Assembly: GCA_051362555.1 (NCBI GenBank)
Contig: CM120641.1
Span: 9,424,001-9,488,000, forward strand
DNA from: Lingula anatina
Taxonomy: Eukaryota; Animalia; Brachiopoda
Direction of reading: 5' to 3'
Length of the DNA: 64,000 bases
The notes under the pieces were generated by a model. It saw nothing but the letters and a program-made list of their open reading frames with translations. It had not been told where the DNA came from and made no database searches. Each line of letters opens with the position of its first letter. The stretch's first letter is position 1. Below are positions 38,501 through 49,866 of the stretch, in pieces. The position numbers and the translations under genes are program-made.

Positions 38501-41500
38501 TATTTCACTGACCGTGGGCTGGACACTCTGGGAGTTATAAAGAGAGATGGTTCTATTCCGGAGACTACAATTTACTCATCCAACAGCAGATCATTTAATC
38601 CCAGAGCCATTTTATTGAACCCAGGGAAAGGGTATGCATGCCACTTCTTGAGATGGTTTGATTTATCACGATTTTTTGTAATACTAATATACATATAGTT
38701 GCACTTTCATTAGATTCACATTTGCCTATATATTCTCGAAAAGCAAAGCAAACAACAACCTTATGATAAAAACAGCGTATACTTATTAGTATCACCTTTT
38801 ACATATTTTTTAATCATGCTTTTTCCTGTTACGATCTTCAGAACTTTCTATTACACGTTGACGACGCCCAACTCTTCGCCGTCTGTGATGAATGCTACTA
38901 TGGGGGGAACCAATCATACCAAAATGGTTAGCCATGGACTAAGGAACCCAAATGGCCTAACTGCAGATTTTGAAGGTATCTTTCACTCCGAGCCCCATAT
39001 CAAAAGGATTTCCAATGTATCTACACTTTTTATATTGATAGAATTAAATCTTATTTCCTAATTACAGTTGTATAAATATTTCACATTCATTTCTTGTTTT
39101 GAAAATTATGCTCCTGAGCTTAATTATCACACCACACCAACTGCACTAATCACTGACTTCTTTCCCCCAATTTCCAGCACAAAAACTATACTGGGTGGAC
39201 GGATACGAGGATCGCGTAGAGGAATACAACTTGGCAACAGGGGAACGTACTACATTGAAAGTTCTATCTTCCTCCCATGGGTTTGCCATCACGAGGAAAG
39301 GCGATTACCTCTACTGGACCGACTGGCTTCAAAAGGGGATATTCCGCATGGACAGAAGAAATGGAACCGCAAGTGGCAAAGTTGATGTGTTTCACTATGA
39401 CTACTTCACAGGGCTGAACGGGTTAAAGTATTACAATACGTCAGTAAAGAGGGGTAAGTAAGCCAATGAGAGACGACAGTGAGTTATTTTTTCATTTTAA
39501 AATGACTTTGATGGAAAAGAAAAAGCCATCTTTTTACTTTGAAGATGTTTAATTTAAAAAGTGACAGATATCATTGATATTTACTTTAACCCAAACAAGT
39601 ACGCTTATTATACATGTATCGAGCAATTATATGGTTATTAAAATCAGTTAACATTATAAGCATTTAATGATACTTTTAGAATTGTTATTTAGATATCCAA
39701 ATACTGGTAATCATTTAGCTTGATGTCAGTTCTTTGTCGTATTGTGAAGGAAATTTAGTAACGAAATTGAATCACCTTAATTGAAATTTCCAGAAACAAC
39801 AGCTTGCTCCCAAAACAATGGCGGCTGTGCCGTCTACTGTCTGCCAATGCCGGGCAACAAAAGAAAATGTGCATGTCCAGACGGTGAGACTTTGCACTTC
39901 AATGGTAGAGATTGTGCCAAAGGTGAGAAACATTTCAACAGGTTCACTATGGCAAATATATTTCTTCCGGTTCATAATGTAACTTATATAGCTATATCAT
40001 GTATAGCGATTTGAGTCCCTCAGCACTGAACTTCACATTTTATAGCCTCACTGATTTAGACTTTTAAGTACATGTTAATTTCTACTCGAAATCCGACCTC
40101 TTTTTATTTAACCTATATTTTCATCCATATCAACAGATCTTGCTTTCAAAAATTATTTCACAAAAATGAAATGCGTAGACTCGTGCAATTTTTGGGCCAA
40201 TGTCGCCAGTCCTAATTTCGCCAGTGTTACAATTTCCTACTTTATAAATATGAATTTTATTTAAATGGAGATATACTTTTTATGCATACCACAGGGTTGA
40301 TGTGTCCCGACATGAAGTTCACCGGCGGAGTATTTTTGGATGGCTGCATGGGAGAAACCAATCAGACCTGTAATTACACCTGTGAGAAGGGCTTCAGACC
40401 TTCCGTGGATAGTTCAACAGCGCGCTGTAACCCTCAGACGGGGCAGTTTGAACCGGATCTCAGCACTCTCTGCATAGGTGAGACCAGAGCACACTACGTT
40501 CAGCTTGCTGAGCTAACAGTCCCTCTCAGCTTAACTTCCTGCTTTCGCAAATGAAACCTCTGGGAAAAGAAGACAATCCTTAAACACACCTAGTATCTTG
40601 AACATGCTTATTTAGAGGCTCACAGTATGCATATTGCATACTATGTGGGAGCTAGTGTTTTTTGTTCCTTTTTTTAGCAATTTTGGTATATCGGGCCTAT
40701 TCAAGATTGTCTGAATACATCCAAATCGTTCTTAATTATGGCCCGCCTCCACCTAACAAATCAGTATGGAACACTTAGTGAATTATGATACTTTACACTT
40801 TATGATATTTTCCAGTTGAACGGTGTCCCTTGCTGGTTTTGCCAGTTGGTACACTTGGCAGGTGTCAGGGCAGGAACAGAAAAAACATTTGCCAGGTGGA
40901 CTGCATACCTGGCTATCGAAAAACATCTGGGTCCGGCGTCTTTACCTGTCTAGATGACTTGACCTGGGATGGAAGCATCACGTGCGAACGTGAGTAAAAT
41001 TGGTTGAACATCATTTCAAACCAACGCTTTGGAGATGCGAATTAGATAATAGATGCTGTGAAACTGCAGTTTATAATATGTTTACACCTTAATATGTTTC
41101 TTTTATTACGAAAAAAAATTCCATCAAAATTGTGCTGCTGAATGGCACTAATAACCGCAAATATGTTGCATTAGTATTTTTTGTTATAGATACGAGAAAA
41201 AGCAGGAGCATAAACTAATGTTCAATTTGTCATTGGCTCACTTTTTTGATGTCGCAGAAAGAAGACAAAATAGATACGATAGGCGACCACTCAGTCATGT
41301 AATTAATTGTCCATTGATCGAATAGTTTTTTTCTTATTTTTAGAGTTACATTGCTCTGGTGATATAACTAACGGCAACATTGCCAGGGAGTGCAATACGA
41401 CCGCTGGCTCTTCTTGTGAATATGTGTGCAACCCTGGCTATCAGAAAACCACCAGTAAAGTACACTGCAACATCACCGGAATATGGGAACAAGATTTGAC

Positions 41501-43831
41501 TACAATCTGCAATGGTAAATTTAATGCAGTTTGAGATTCAAAAATCTTTGTTTATAGTAGAGTATAGTGGCTCGGGGCATAGGGTGCAATGTGTTTAGAA
41601 CAACGTGTACACTGTGTGTGTTCGTTTTGGTGGAGAGTGGGTATTGTAGAATATTGGGACGTAGTAGGGCGCCATTTGTAAATGTTTTGGGTGAGGACAT
41701 TTCTGTTATAGATAGAAGGAAGTGTAGCCAATACATAACTATTCTCAATTTCTTCTAGAAATATAAACTTCATGCACTTTTTGTTCAAGGCTTTTTAATA
41801 TAAAAATCATAACATAAGGGTTCTAAAAGAAGTAACTTTGTTGTCTTCTCTAACTGCATGGCAGCATGGCATAAGAACTATTTTTTTGTTGCTTAATCTG
41901 AGTAAGGTGGTGCCCTTTTCTTTTTCTTGCCCAGCAACGAAATACATAGTCAAAACGACTAGCACCACCATCACACCTACTCAAGGTACCACATCCTATG
42001 ATCGTCATTCCACCGTTCCAACAAGACTTACTAGTACTACCACAACAAGTACAACAATGAGTACAACAATGAGTACGCCAACTACAACTAGCAGTACGAC
42101 GACCAGTACCACGGCGTACCAAAGCAGTACGTTGCGTACCACCACAACTAGTCGCACCACCACAACTGGTGGTACCACCTCTCCGTCCTCCACTACCAGT
42201 ACGTAAAGAAGGCGTTGATTATAATAATGATAATAACTTCATGGTGTAGTGGTAGACCTGCAATTGATATGATACAATACACATCAAGAGTATAACCACT
42301 GGTACATGCATGATGGAATAATATCAGCAAACTTAATTTTGGTTATGGGCTATGTGTTGCACGGGTACGGAAATGAATAACATGGCGATACTCAAATACT
42401 TAGATAAAACTTATTTGCATGTGTTTTTATGATTTTTGTCTTTTGTATATTTCAAAATAACTATTGATTATTTAAGGTAAAGCTGATTCAGGCTTGCAAT
42501 CAAGGAAAAAATTTAAATACTTCAATGTTATAGGCTTATAGCAATAATAATAGTAAAAGTAATGAATGATAAAGCGTTTGAAGACACTCGATGAATATTT
42601 TTCTACACTCTAAAAAGAACCAAGCTGAAGAACACTTATGAGATTTAGTACAGTCAACGATCTACGGGAAATGTGGGGACCATCTTTCATTTCAAATTCA
42701 TTCGTTCATTTTATCATGAAAAACAAAAGAAAACTCGTTTGTTTGTTTCTTTGTTTATAGCATACCAAAGCATTTAAAACGGTGATAAGTTCTAAGATGA
42801 TCTATTTATTGATCATTTCGTAAATTGTACTTTTTTAAAGTTATGGATTCGTGTTTTACAGCTACTATTTTTGTCCCAACAACACCAACGACTACGACGA
42901 CAACGACAACGACAGCAACAACAACGATGATAAACCCCACACCCTCTCCGCTACCGGCCTCCACGACGTCAGAGGCAGGTGTAATCGGACCAAAGGCCTC
43001 TAGTCAAGGTCAAGGTGAGTGCATGGTTGAGGGGTGGAGAGGGGGGCACGGGATACAGCTGACGACACCTTTCATTAAAGGGACACATTACTACATGTGG
43101 TCCATTGAATCTTGTTCTTGCTTATAGTGTAGATTTCATACTGATTGGTGCAGTGTAATCATTTCAATTTAAATTTTATCTTCCAGACGACAATAAAGGT
43201 TTGATAGCCGGCATCGTGGTGGTCGTTGTTGTGCTAATTGTGCTTATCGTCATCTTGGCGGTCATATTGGTCCGGAGAAGGTAATCAACATATCTTTTTC
43301 TGAAAGTGGTCTGTGTTCAGAAACTAATAATGCCGGTTTCTTTGAACTAAATAATTAATTGTTTAAAACAATTTTTCGTAATTGCATTGGTATATTGATA
43401 TTAAAATCACGTTTTTTAAGTCAAGATGTTTTTTATGGTGTTTAGTGATAGATGTTTAACTAAAAGAGAGAAACATTTGGCCATCTGGCCATCTGTGACA
43501 ATGTCTATATTTTCAGCTATTTTCTTCAAATAAAATCAAAAGCCAGTATTTATCCGATCAATCTCAAATGTGTATTCCCAGGAACCGGTCGCCCCAGTAT
43601 GTGGATCAGACCAACATGTCCGACTCAGAATCAATACGAGGTGGCTCCACCAGCGGGGACGTCTCAGTCGGAGTAAAGGTGGGGGCAGACGGCAGTTTAG
43701 CAATTGTCAACCCCGCGTTCGGAGAACCAGGAAAACCGGAAATGATGTCAGACACTGCTATGGACGATGTCTTTTTAGGGATGAAAGACGAAAAAGGTCT
43801 TATTGTGAATAACCATGATACATATGCTTGA
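22830..43831 (+). CDS. LRP-like type-I membrane receptor: signal peptide, 4x(YWTD beta-propeller + EGF), 3 Sushi/CCP, Thr-rich stalk, TM, NPxF tail
   Basis: About 32 in-frame GT-AG exons: 22830-22893 ([21 protein letters not shown]), 27468-27582, 28219-28346, 29417-29585, 29830-29954, 30170-30335, 30857-30984, EGF 31234-31365, 31722-31997, 32214-32394, 32980-33114, 33420-33555, 34004-34160, EGF 34639-34752, 35181-35459, 35788-35938, 36192-36314, 36508-36628, 36896-37064, EGF 37509-37631, 37843-38085, 38454-38631, 38842-38975, 39178-39453, EGF 39794-39922, CCP 40295-40477, 40816-40989, 41344-41514, Thr-rich 41935-42198, 42862-43014, TM 43187-43280, tail 43582-43831. Motifs YWID, YYTD, YWSD, YWTD, FWID, YWAD, YWTE, YFTD; [15 protein letters not shown] and [14 protein letters not shown]. 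Confidence 0.9.
24846..24886. repeat. (CT)n microsatellite
   Basis: Directly visible. Confidence 0.95.
27247..27328 (+). repeat. Dispersed ~80-bp repeat, copy 1
   Basis: gtcagaaatgacatggtactgacactgctgccatctggagcccaggtcatagtaacattgccacacgtggtggctagtacac; closely similar copy at 30412-30493. Confidence 0.85.
29001..29125. mobile_element. Perfect 125-bp palindrome with 8-bp TSD (hAT-like MITE)
   Basis: 62-bp arms are exact reverse complements around a single G at 29063; flanked by CAGGGTGC at 28993-29000 and 29126-29133; termini CA...TG. Confidence 0.85.
30412..30493 (+). repeat. Dispersed ~80-bp repeat, copy 2
   Basis: gtcaggaatgacatggtcttgacactgctgccatctggaggccgggccatagtaagattgccacacgtggtggccagtgcac. 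Confidence 0.85.
32508..32700. repeat. Degenerate ~51-bp minisatellite (~4 units)
   Basis: Recurrent ctgaactgacaatctgga.atc and a.cacgtgttatcta blocks. Confidence 0.65.
34564..34616. repeat. Compound (AAC)n(AAT)n microsatellite
   Basis: Intronic, just upstream of an EGF exon; produces the poly-N in the ORF track. Confidence 0.9.
35506..35552. repeat. (TTTA)n microsatellite
   Basis: Directly visible. Confidence 0.9.
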
Positions 43832-45299
43832 AGTGTATATAAAACAGCAGTAAATGATCGTACAAATCCAAGATATTATTTAAGCAGCAATGCCGAAGGA
43901 AGACGGTGCAAATTCATTAAAACCTGTTGTACAACATCGTCAGAATTTACATATACAGTGTAACTGTGGTTTTATGTATTTCTCATATAACAGGTTGGAA
44001 CCTATCTGTGGATAGATCTGTTTCATCTAGTCAGGAATTCTACAACGGTGCCACGAGATGTTGTGTGTCCTGTGGATATATAAATGTTTATTATCGAACA
44101 TCAGAAAGTACATGTTCGGATTGATACACACAAAGTGTGTTTGTAAATCTCAAATACCCTCGTGTGCAAGTAAATATCATCATGAATGCACGGACGCTTA
44201 CGGATTACCACTAGAATAGATGTCTTCTGATATCCTCTTACATCAAAAGAAAGGCGCGGAAATCATATCCAGATTTTTTTTTTTCGTTTACACTTTTGAC
44301 TGAACCTACATGAAGCATTGCAGTCGTGCCATACGGCACCAAGGTCAAAATTCCGAATTTGCTTAATACTTTCTTTTATCTTATAATGAATCTAGATCTA
44401 ATTGAAAAAGACCTGGGAAGCTTCATGGCCGTTCCGCAATTTTCAGTATACAAAATGCCAGAAATATTATGGGAAACTTGCTTGAAAGAGCTAGTAAATG
44501 GGGTCTTGGGGTTTTACAAATATTTACTTTTATGTAATAATTGTATATAGCAAAACACTTATTTTCGAAAAAGGTTGTTTATCTATTTTATACGTAAGAT
44601 CGGAATTGTTGTTCATCATGCTCAAGGGAATACGTCGTGCTAAAATGAGTTCCTGTTTATACTCGTATGTAGCAAAAAGTTTCAGTGCAGCTTATGAGCC
44701 GACTTATGTCTAACCGGGGCGTTTGTTTGTTAGAGAAAAGCAATGTTGGGCATAATCGCCTGATAAATGTTTAATATGACGATATTTCATACTTGGTGTG
44801 TGGAATGTTTATGATATGAAATCGATACAGTATCGTTTATTTCGCAAGGATATGTTTTCCTCAGTGATATATACTTCATATCCTATGTACATCTATGCAT
44901 CAGGAATCTTTTAGACCGAATATAGTCTAACGCAATAAAACTAATGCATATAAAATTCAATAAAAGCAATAGCTACAAAAACGAGTCGAATCGGAGAAGT
45001 GTTTTATTTGGAAATCAACCAAAGGTGACGTCAACTTTGAATTGATTTATTTTTCCATCATATGTGCGTATTATTAACAAAATAAAACGAATTTTCGAAA
45101 TAGTTCTTTAAAATAACTTTATAAATGGACTGCACCATTTTTTCAAGTACAGCAATGATTATGGCTTGCAGGTGCATAATTCACGACGGCAATTTCGATA
45201 CGACGTATATAAAGAATTTATAAATGAGAATGCACATCTATCAAAAGTATTTTATCTTGTTAATTATGGCACGAGTTTCGTGACAAAATCTTTTCAGTT

Positions 45300-45393
45300 T
45301 GACCTCGTCGCTGGCACTGTGGCCCCGGCCATTGTCACTCTGACCCCGTTGTTGTCACTTGGACCTCGTCGATGTCACTGTGACCTGTTGTCA
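45300..45393. repeat. Degenerate ~20-bp tandem repeat in the presumed 3' UTR of the PDZ gene
   Basis: gacctcgtcgctggcactgt / gccccggccattgtcactct / gaccccgttgttgtcacttg / gacctcgtcgatgtcactgt. Confidence 0.6.
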
Positions 45394-45527
45394 TGCAAGG
45401 ACGTGCTTCAGCCTTGTAAATGATGCGCCTTAAACTTTCGACCGGGTTTGATTATAACCAACAATGCATTACCAAATCCTGTTTATTGTTTAGTTCGTTG
45501 TAGCATATCTTCAGTTTTCATTCAATA

Positions 45528-48500
45528 TTAGACGACAGAAACTACTTCGGTCTCGTATTCCCCGTCAGCGGCGTAGTTATTTCTGGTCTGATGTGTTTGG
45601 CCCTCCAGTAGATTGCACAGATGTACGATCCTGTCGTCTTTTCTAGCTGTCTCCTCTTGGAGATCCTTGCATCTGATTTTCAACAATTTTAATTCCTTTT
45701 CCAGATCAGTGCAGTGGGTTTCTTCTGGATGTACCTGTCGACATATATAAGATTTTAGTTTTATTACAACATAGCTGTATGTTGTATACATAATTTATCG
45801 CTACCACACATGCCATTCTTAGGGTGTCAAAATGTCAATTTTTAGAAAATCTTCACTGTATATTCAAAATCACTGTATATTCATAATCTTGGGTATTGTA
45901 ATCACAGTCATTAACATCACACAAAAACGGCTTGAATTCTTTGTACTATATCCCAAAGTATCCTACTATAAATAAATTTTCACCTTTTCGGTGTCCAAAG
46001 AAGGCATTTCCGTGGCCGCAGTCGTTGAAGCACAGTGAGTCGAGTTCAGAGTTGCCTGACACGCTTTAGTCACTGCACGGGGTCTGGCAATGACCATTTG
46101 GATGTAGTGCTGTCCAGAGCTCACTATCGACTCTGCTTCTTCTTTAGTAGCACCAAGGGTCAGCTGCTCGTTGATCTGGAACAAAAGAGATTATTAATTT
46201 GTATTTTTTTAGTCTTGTTCCAGGTAACCAATGAGTGTAGCATATATGTCAAATTCCATATTTGCTGTTTTCGTTTGGTTTTAATCTAGTTCAAATATCA
46301 GTTTTGAAGTGTATGGCAAATACTAGGGCTATTGAGTGGGTATATAGGCAAAGCACTGTTTCTAAATAAATCTATATGTAATTAATTGGAATTTCCATGC
46401 ACAAATTTTGAAATAGTTCAAAAATAAATACGCAACTTAATGCATAGTAGAGACTTGCAGTATAATCAAGAACGTCAAAAAGCTCATCGATTGTAATTAG
46501 GAAAGAACGTGAATAGGAGATTTAATTAACAACTCCTTTCAATGGAAAATCAGTGTATAAAAATAGAAATCGAAATTGGTCGACGGCTACAGAACGAAGG
46601 AGCCGCAGGACGTAGCGGCCCATTACACAGTAATTGGTTTCCCTTTAGAGTACCATTCACGCTTGATTGGCAATTCTCTATCAAAACATTTCTCGTGGAT
46701 TAACTTTGCTTTTCTTTGTAGATAATATCGAACCCATAGCTAATGACTGGAAATGCCGAGAAAGGGTCAAGCAGTCGAAAAGCAGGGTTGACCGGTGTGA
46801 ATGTTGAAATGAAGGATGTATTCAAATCTAATTGAAAGTCATTTGTTGTATAGAATTTCTTTTACGGTCTGCCACACATCAGTTCGTGTAATCACTCAGA
46901 TGTTGGATAAAGAAATAGATCGTTACAAATTGAAGATGCATTCAAACAGAAAATTTTAAGTTGTAACATTCAGAATTTCAGTCATGATATTATACAAATT
47001 TCATTTGAACATTATAGTTGAACGGTAGTTTTTGTGGTTAAATTACATATTGTTTTCTTTTAACCGACGAAATACCAAAACTATATACATGTAGGTTCTC
47101 ACATACTTGTTCATTGGCTAAAAGTATACACGGGTAAGACACACGGGAAATACTGTATATCTATATAAAACAACTCGTCCATCCCACTCCCCTTCACTTA
47201 CCTCTAACACATAATCCCCTTCTTGCAGCTTCCCTGCGTAATAACAACTCTCACCAGCAGGTCCCAAGATTTGAACTTTAAGAAGGCTAGGTGCCGTTAT
47301 GGTGTCTGCGGTTCGGTCAACAGGAGTAAACGCACTGCACTTTCCGCCAAGTGCGAGTCGTTTTCCCGTAGGAGAACTAGATGGCGAGGAGTCTTTTACA
47401 TCCCCCTTGGTCCAAATTGACACTGGCGTGTTTCTTTCACATTGTGTGTTACTAAACACAGTTCTTGCAAAAGAATAGCCAAATTCCTCCAACGCTTTCT
47501 TTTCTATGGTTAAATGTACAATGTCACAGCATTTTGATATGGCAAGTAAAGACGGAGGCTTTGGGCGATTATAATGGGTATGTGTATCACCTTTGCTAGA
47601 CCTCACCACAGCAGAGTCACGAGATTTACGGCTGTGAGGGCTTACTTTTTTCCTTGAATGCATAGAATGTTTTAACAAATTCTCTTCATCGCTTGAACTC
47701 CACAGTACGAAAGGACTACTGCGGGCGCTTGCCATTTCGTCGGTACGACATAATGAATGGTGGGAAGCACTGTCACCTGTAATAACAGAAGTTTCGCTAG
47801 CATGCCGCTTTTCCGATTCAGAGTTTCTATTACAATTGGACTTGGTTTTAGCCATTTCTATGTTGACCCGTGATTCTGTGTTTTTACCTGTCCCGTTTCG
47901 TTTTCCTGAGACTCTCAATTCAGTTGGGCTCATTGATAGGTTTCCGACCTGTTTGGTTAATGTGTTGCATTCATTAGGCGTGATGTTCTCATTTCCGTTT
48001 TTTGAAACTGGCTTTTGTGTTTCGTTTGAAAGATTTCCCGGGACTTGTGGTAACATTCTTCTTGCACGTTTATTTGCCGACGGAGGAGACTGTTCTTGAG
48101 ACGATTTCACGGGAGTCGAGTCCAGAGATTTAGCTTTCCGCAGCGGCGATTTACTGTTTTCGTTTTCATCGGATGTTGGTCGCACAATACCTAATTTTTC
48201 TTTATGTTTAGACACAGTGGTAGAGTCTACAGATAGCGATGCGCAGAGTCCAGTACGTCTGTGTTTTTTGCCCATGGCCATCAGAGAATCGTTTGAATTT
48301 ATATCTTCATCCCTGGGCACAAAATCTTCATCTTCATATCCCTCGTCAATTTTCAGTGAGGCGGCTTGTATTGGAGCATTGTTAAGAACGAGGAAGCTGT
48401 CGCTTTTTAGTCTAGATCGCTCTTCTCTTTCTCCAGTAGATACTTTACTGTCACTACTCATTCGGATTGCATGCAAGGCTTTGATTGGCCTGTAAAACAA

Positions 48501-49866
48501 CATAGAATTTTCAGTAAATTAAGCAATAATCTATCCATTTATATCTGTTTGGCTGCCTGTCTGTCCGTGCGCCTGACTTTTCGTTCGCCCGACCATCTGT
48601 TAGATTACCTGTATGTCTGTCCATTTTTTTCATTTCATAAATGCTATACTCCTTAACTCATATGGGATATTTCAAATTAAATGAGTTAAAGCAAATGAAA
48701 TACAAAAAATAATTGGTTTTCAACAACAATTAATTAATTATTCTATAACATGCAAAAAATATACAGTATTAAAGGGATAACAACTCTTCATATGAGATCT
48801 ATATTTCACAATGAATACATTGTAAAGAACTCATAGAAATGTAATATATTCTATTTTACCACAAAAACGACAGTTACAGCAATAAATCTGAAATATGTGT
48901 TTGCCATCCGACCACATGACCTCCATAGAAAGCTATACTCGTAATAATCTTTTAACAGATCATTACAAAAAGCAAACTTTTTAGAAAAATACCAGGGAGT
49001 AATTTTGAATGTAGAAATGAATTCAATAACCATTGATAAGTATGGGGAAATTGCTGTTTGCCCCAGGAAAACTCAATTTTGGCCAAAATGAACAGTTGTT
49101 ATCCCTTTAAGTAAAAACTGGAATTGAGTCTAACTTGCCTGGACAGTCTTGGGGAATCCCCAGCAGAATCCGATCCACTGAACAGGCAGACACCGCTATC
49201 AAAACTGGAAGTCACTTCTTTTGATTTCATTCGTCGCCGAGGCCTTATTGGAGTGAATGATGACTGCGGCCAGTCAACATTGTCGTCTGTCCCGTGAATC
49301 GGTTCAAAAACACTATCAATAAATGAGTTTATGTCACTGTCTAATATTTCTGGTGCTGTTTCTTGTTTTTCGGAAGTACATGTTTTTCTCTGATCCTCCG
49401 CCCCATTAGGTTTACTAGCAGCAGGCGGAACCTTATGCACAACGAGGCGAGATCCTTTTGTCTCTTTAAAGACCTTAGAGCTTTTCTTATCGCCCAGAAC
49501 CTTCAAAACTTGATCAGTGTCGATTAGACTCAGATTTCGGAATCGAGGTTTCATAATTTTTGCCGTATCTACTGTATCTGGCTTATTATCATTGAGGTCG
49601 CCACCAAGACTTGGTGCCTTGAAGCCGTTCTTGCTTATTTTGTCGACCTTCAGGTCGTCTCTTTTTGAAGCGTTTGTCGATCTTAAATCTTCGGTACTCA
49701 TCCATTTTCTGAAAGCTGATTTGAATTTCTCTGTGCTCTTTCTAGGGGACTTTGGGGTACTGGGTTTACTTCCGTTGTAAAAGACGCTCCGAGAGTCTCT
49801 CTCCAAGGCTAACAGGTTATCACGTAGGGCGGCTATTTCCTTGTCTCTAGCGCTTGAACTGGGCAT
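45528..49866 (-). CDS. Uncharacterised PDZ-domain + coiled-coil protein with a long disordered Ser/Lys/Pro-rich N-terminus
   Basis: Exons 49866-49139 (ATG of MPSSSARDKEIAALRDNLLAL; exon acceptor at 49969), 48489-47202, 46175-45984, 45734-45528. PDZ signature EEFGYSF ... AGKLQEGDYVLE|INEQLTLGATKEEAESIV..IQMVIAR spans an intron; coiled coil LEKELKLLKIRCKDLQEE; ends ETEVVSVV*. Confidence 0.8.
48490..49138 (-). other. Non-canonical GC-AG intron
   Basis: Donor TCC AG|GCAAGT (intron starts 49138) is phase 2 and matches the phase-2 acceptor ttttacag|G CCA ATC at 48490. The nearest GT donor (CAA|GTTAGA) would shift the frame. Confidence 0.75.
48773..49106. mobile_element. TTAA-flanked MITE (Kolobok-like)
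   Basis: TTAA-agggataacaactcttca ... tgaacagttgttatccct-TTAA; second copy at 16739. Confidence 0.8.

Noticed and set aside
38976-39177. Second U12 intron (donor GTATCTTT)
   Set aside because: Imperfect donor, no CCTTAAC branch site, and a typical U2 branch and pyrimidine tract.
41850-42193. Antisense Val-rich and Cys-rich ORFs
   Set aside because: Reverse-strand shadows of the Thr-rich exon.
22830-43831. Assigning the symbol LRP5, LRP6 or LRP4
   Set aside because: No LDLa repeats or PPPSP motifs found; orthology cannot be established without a phylogeny.
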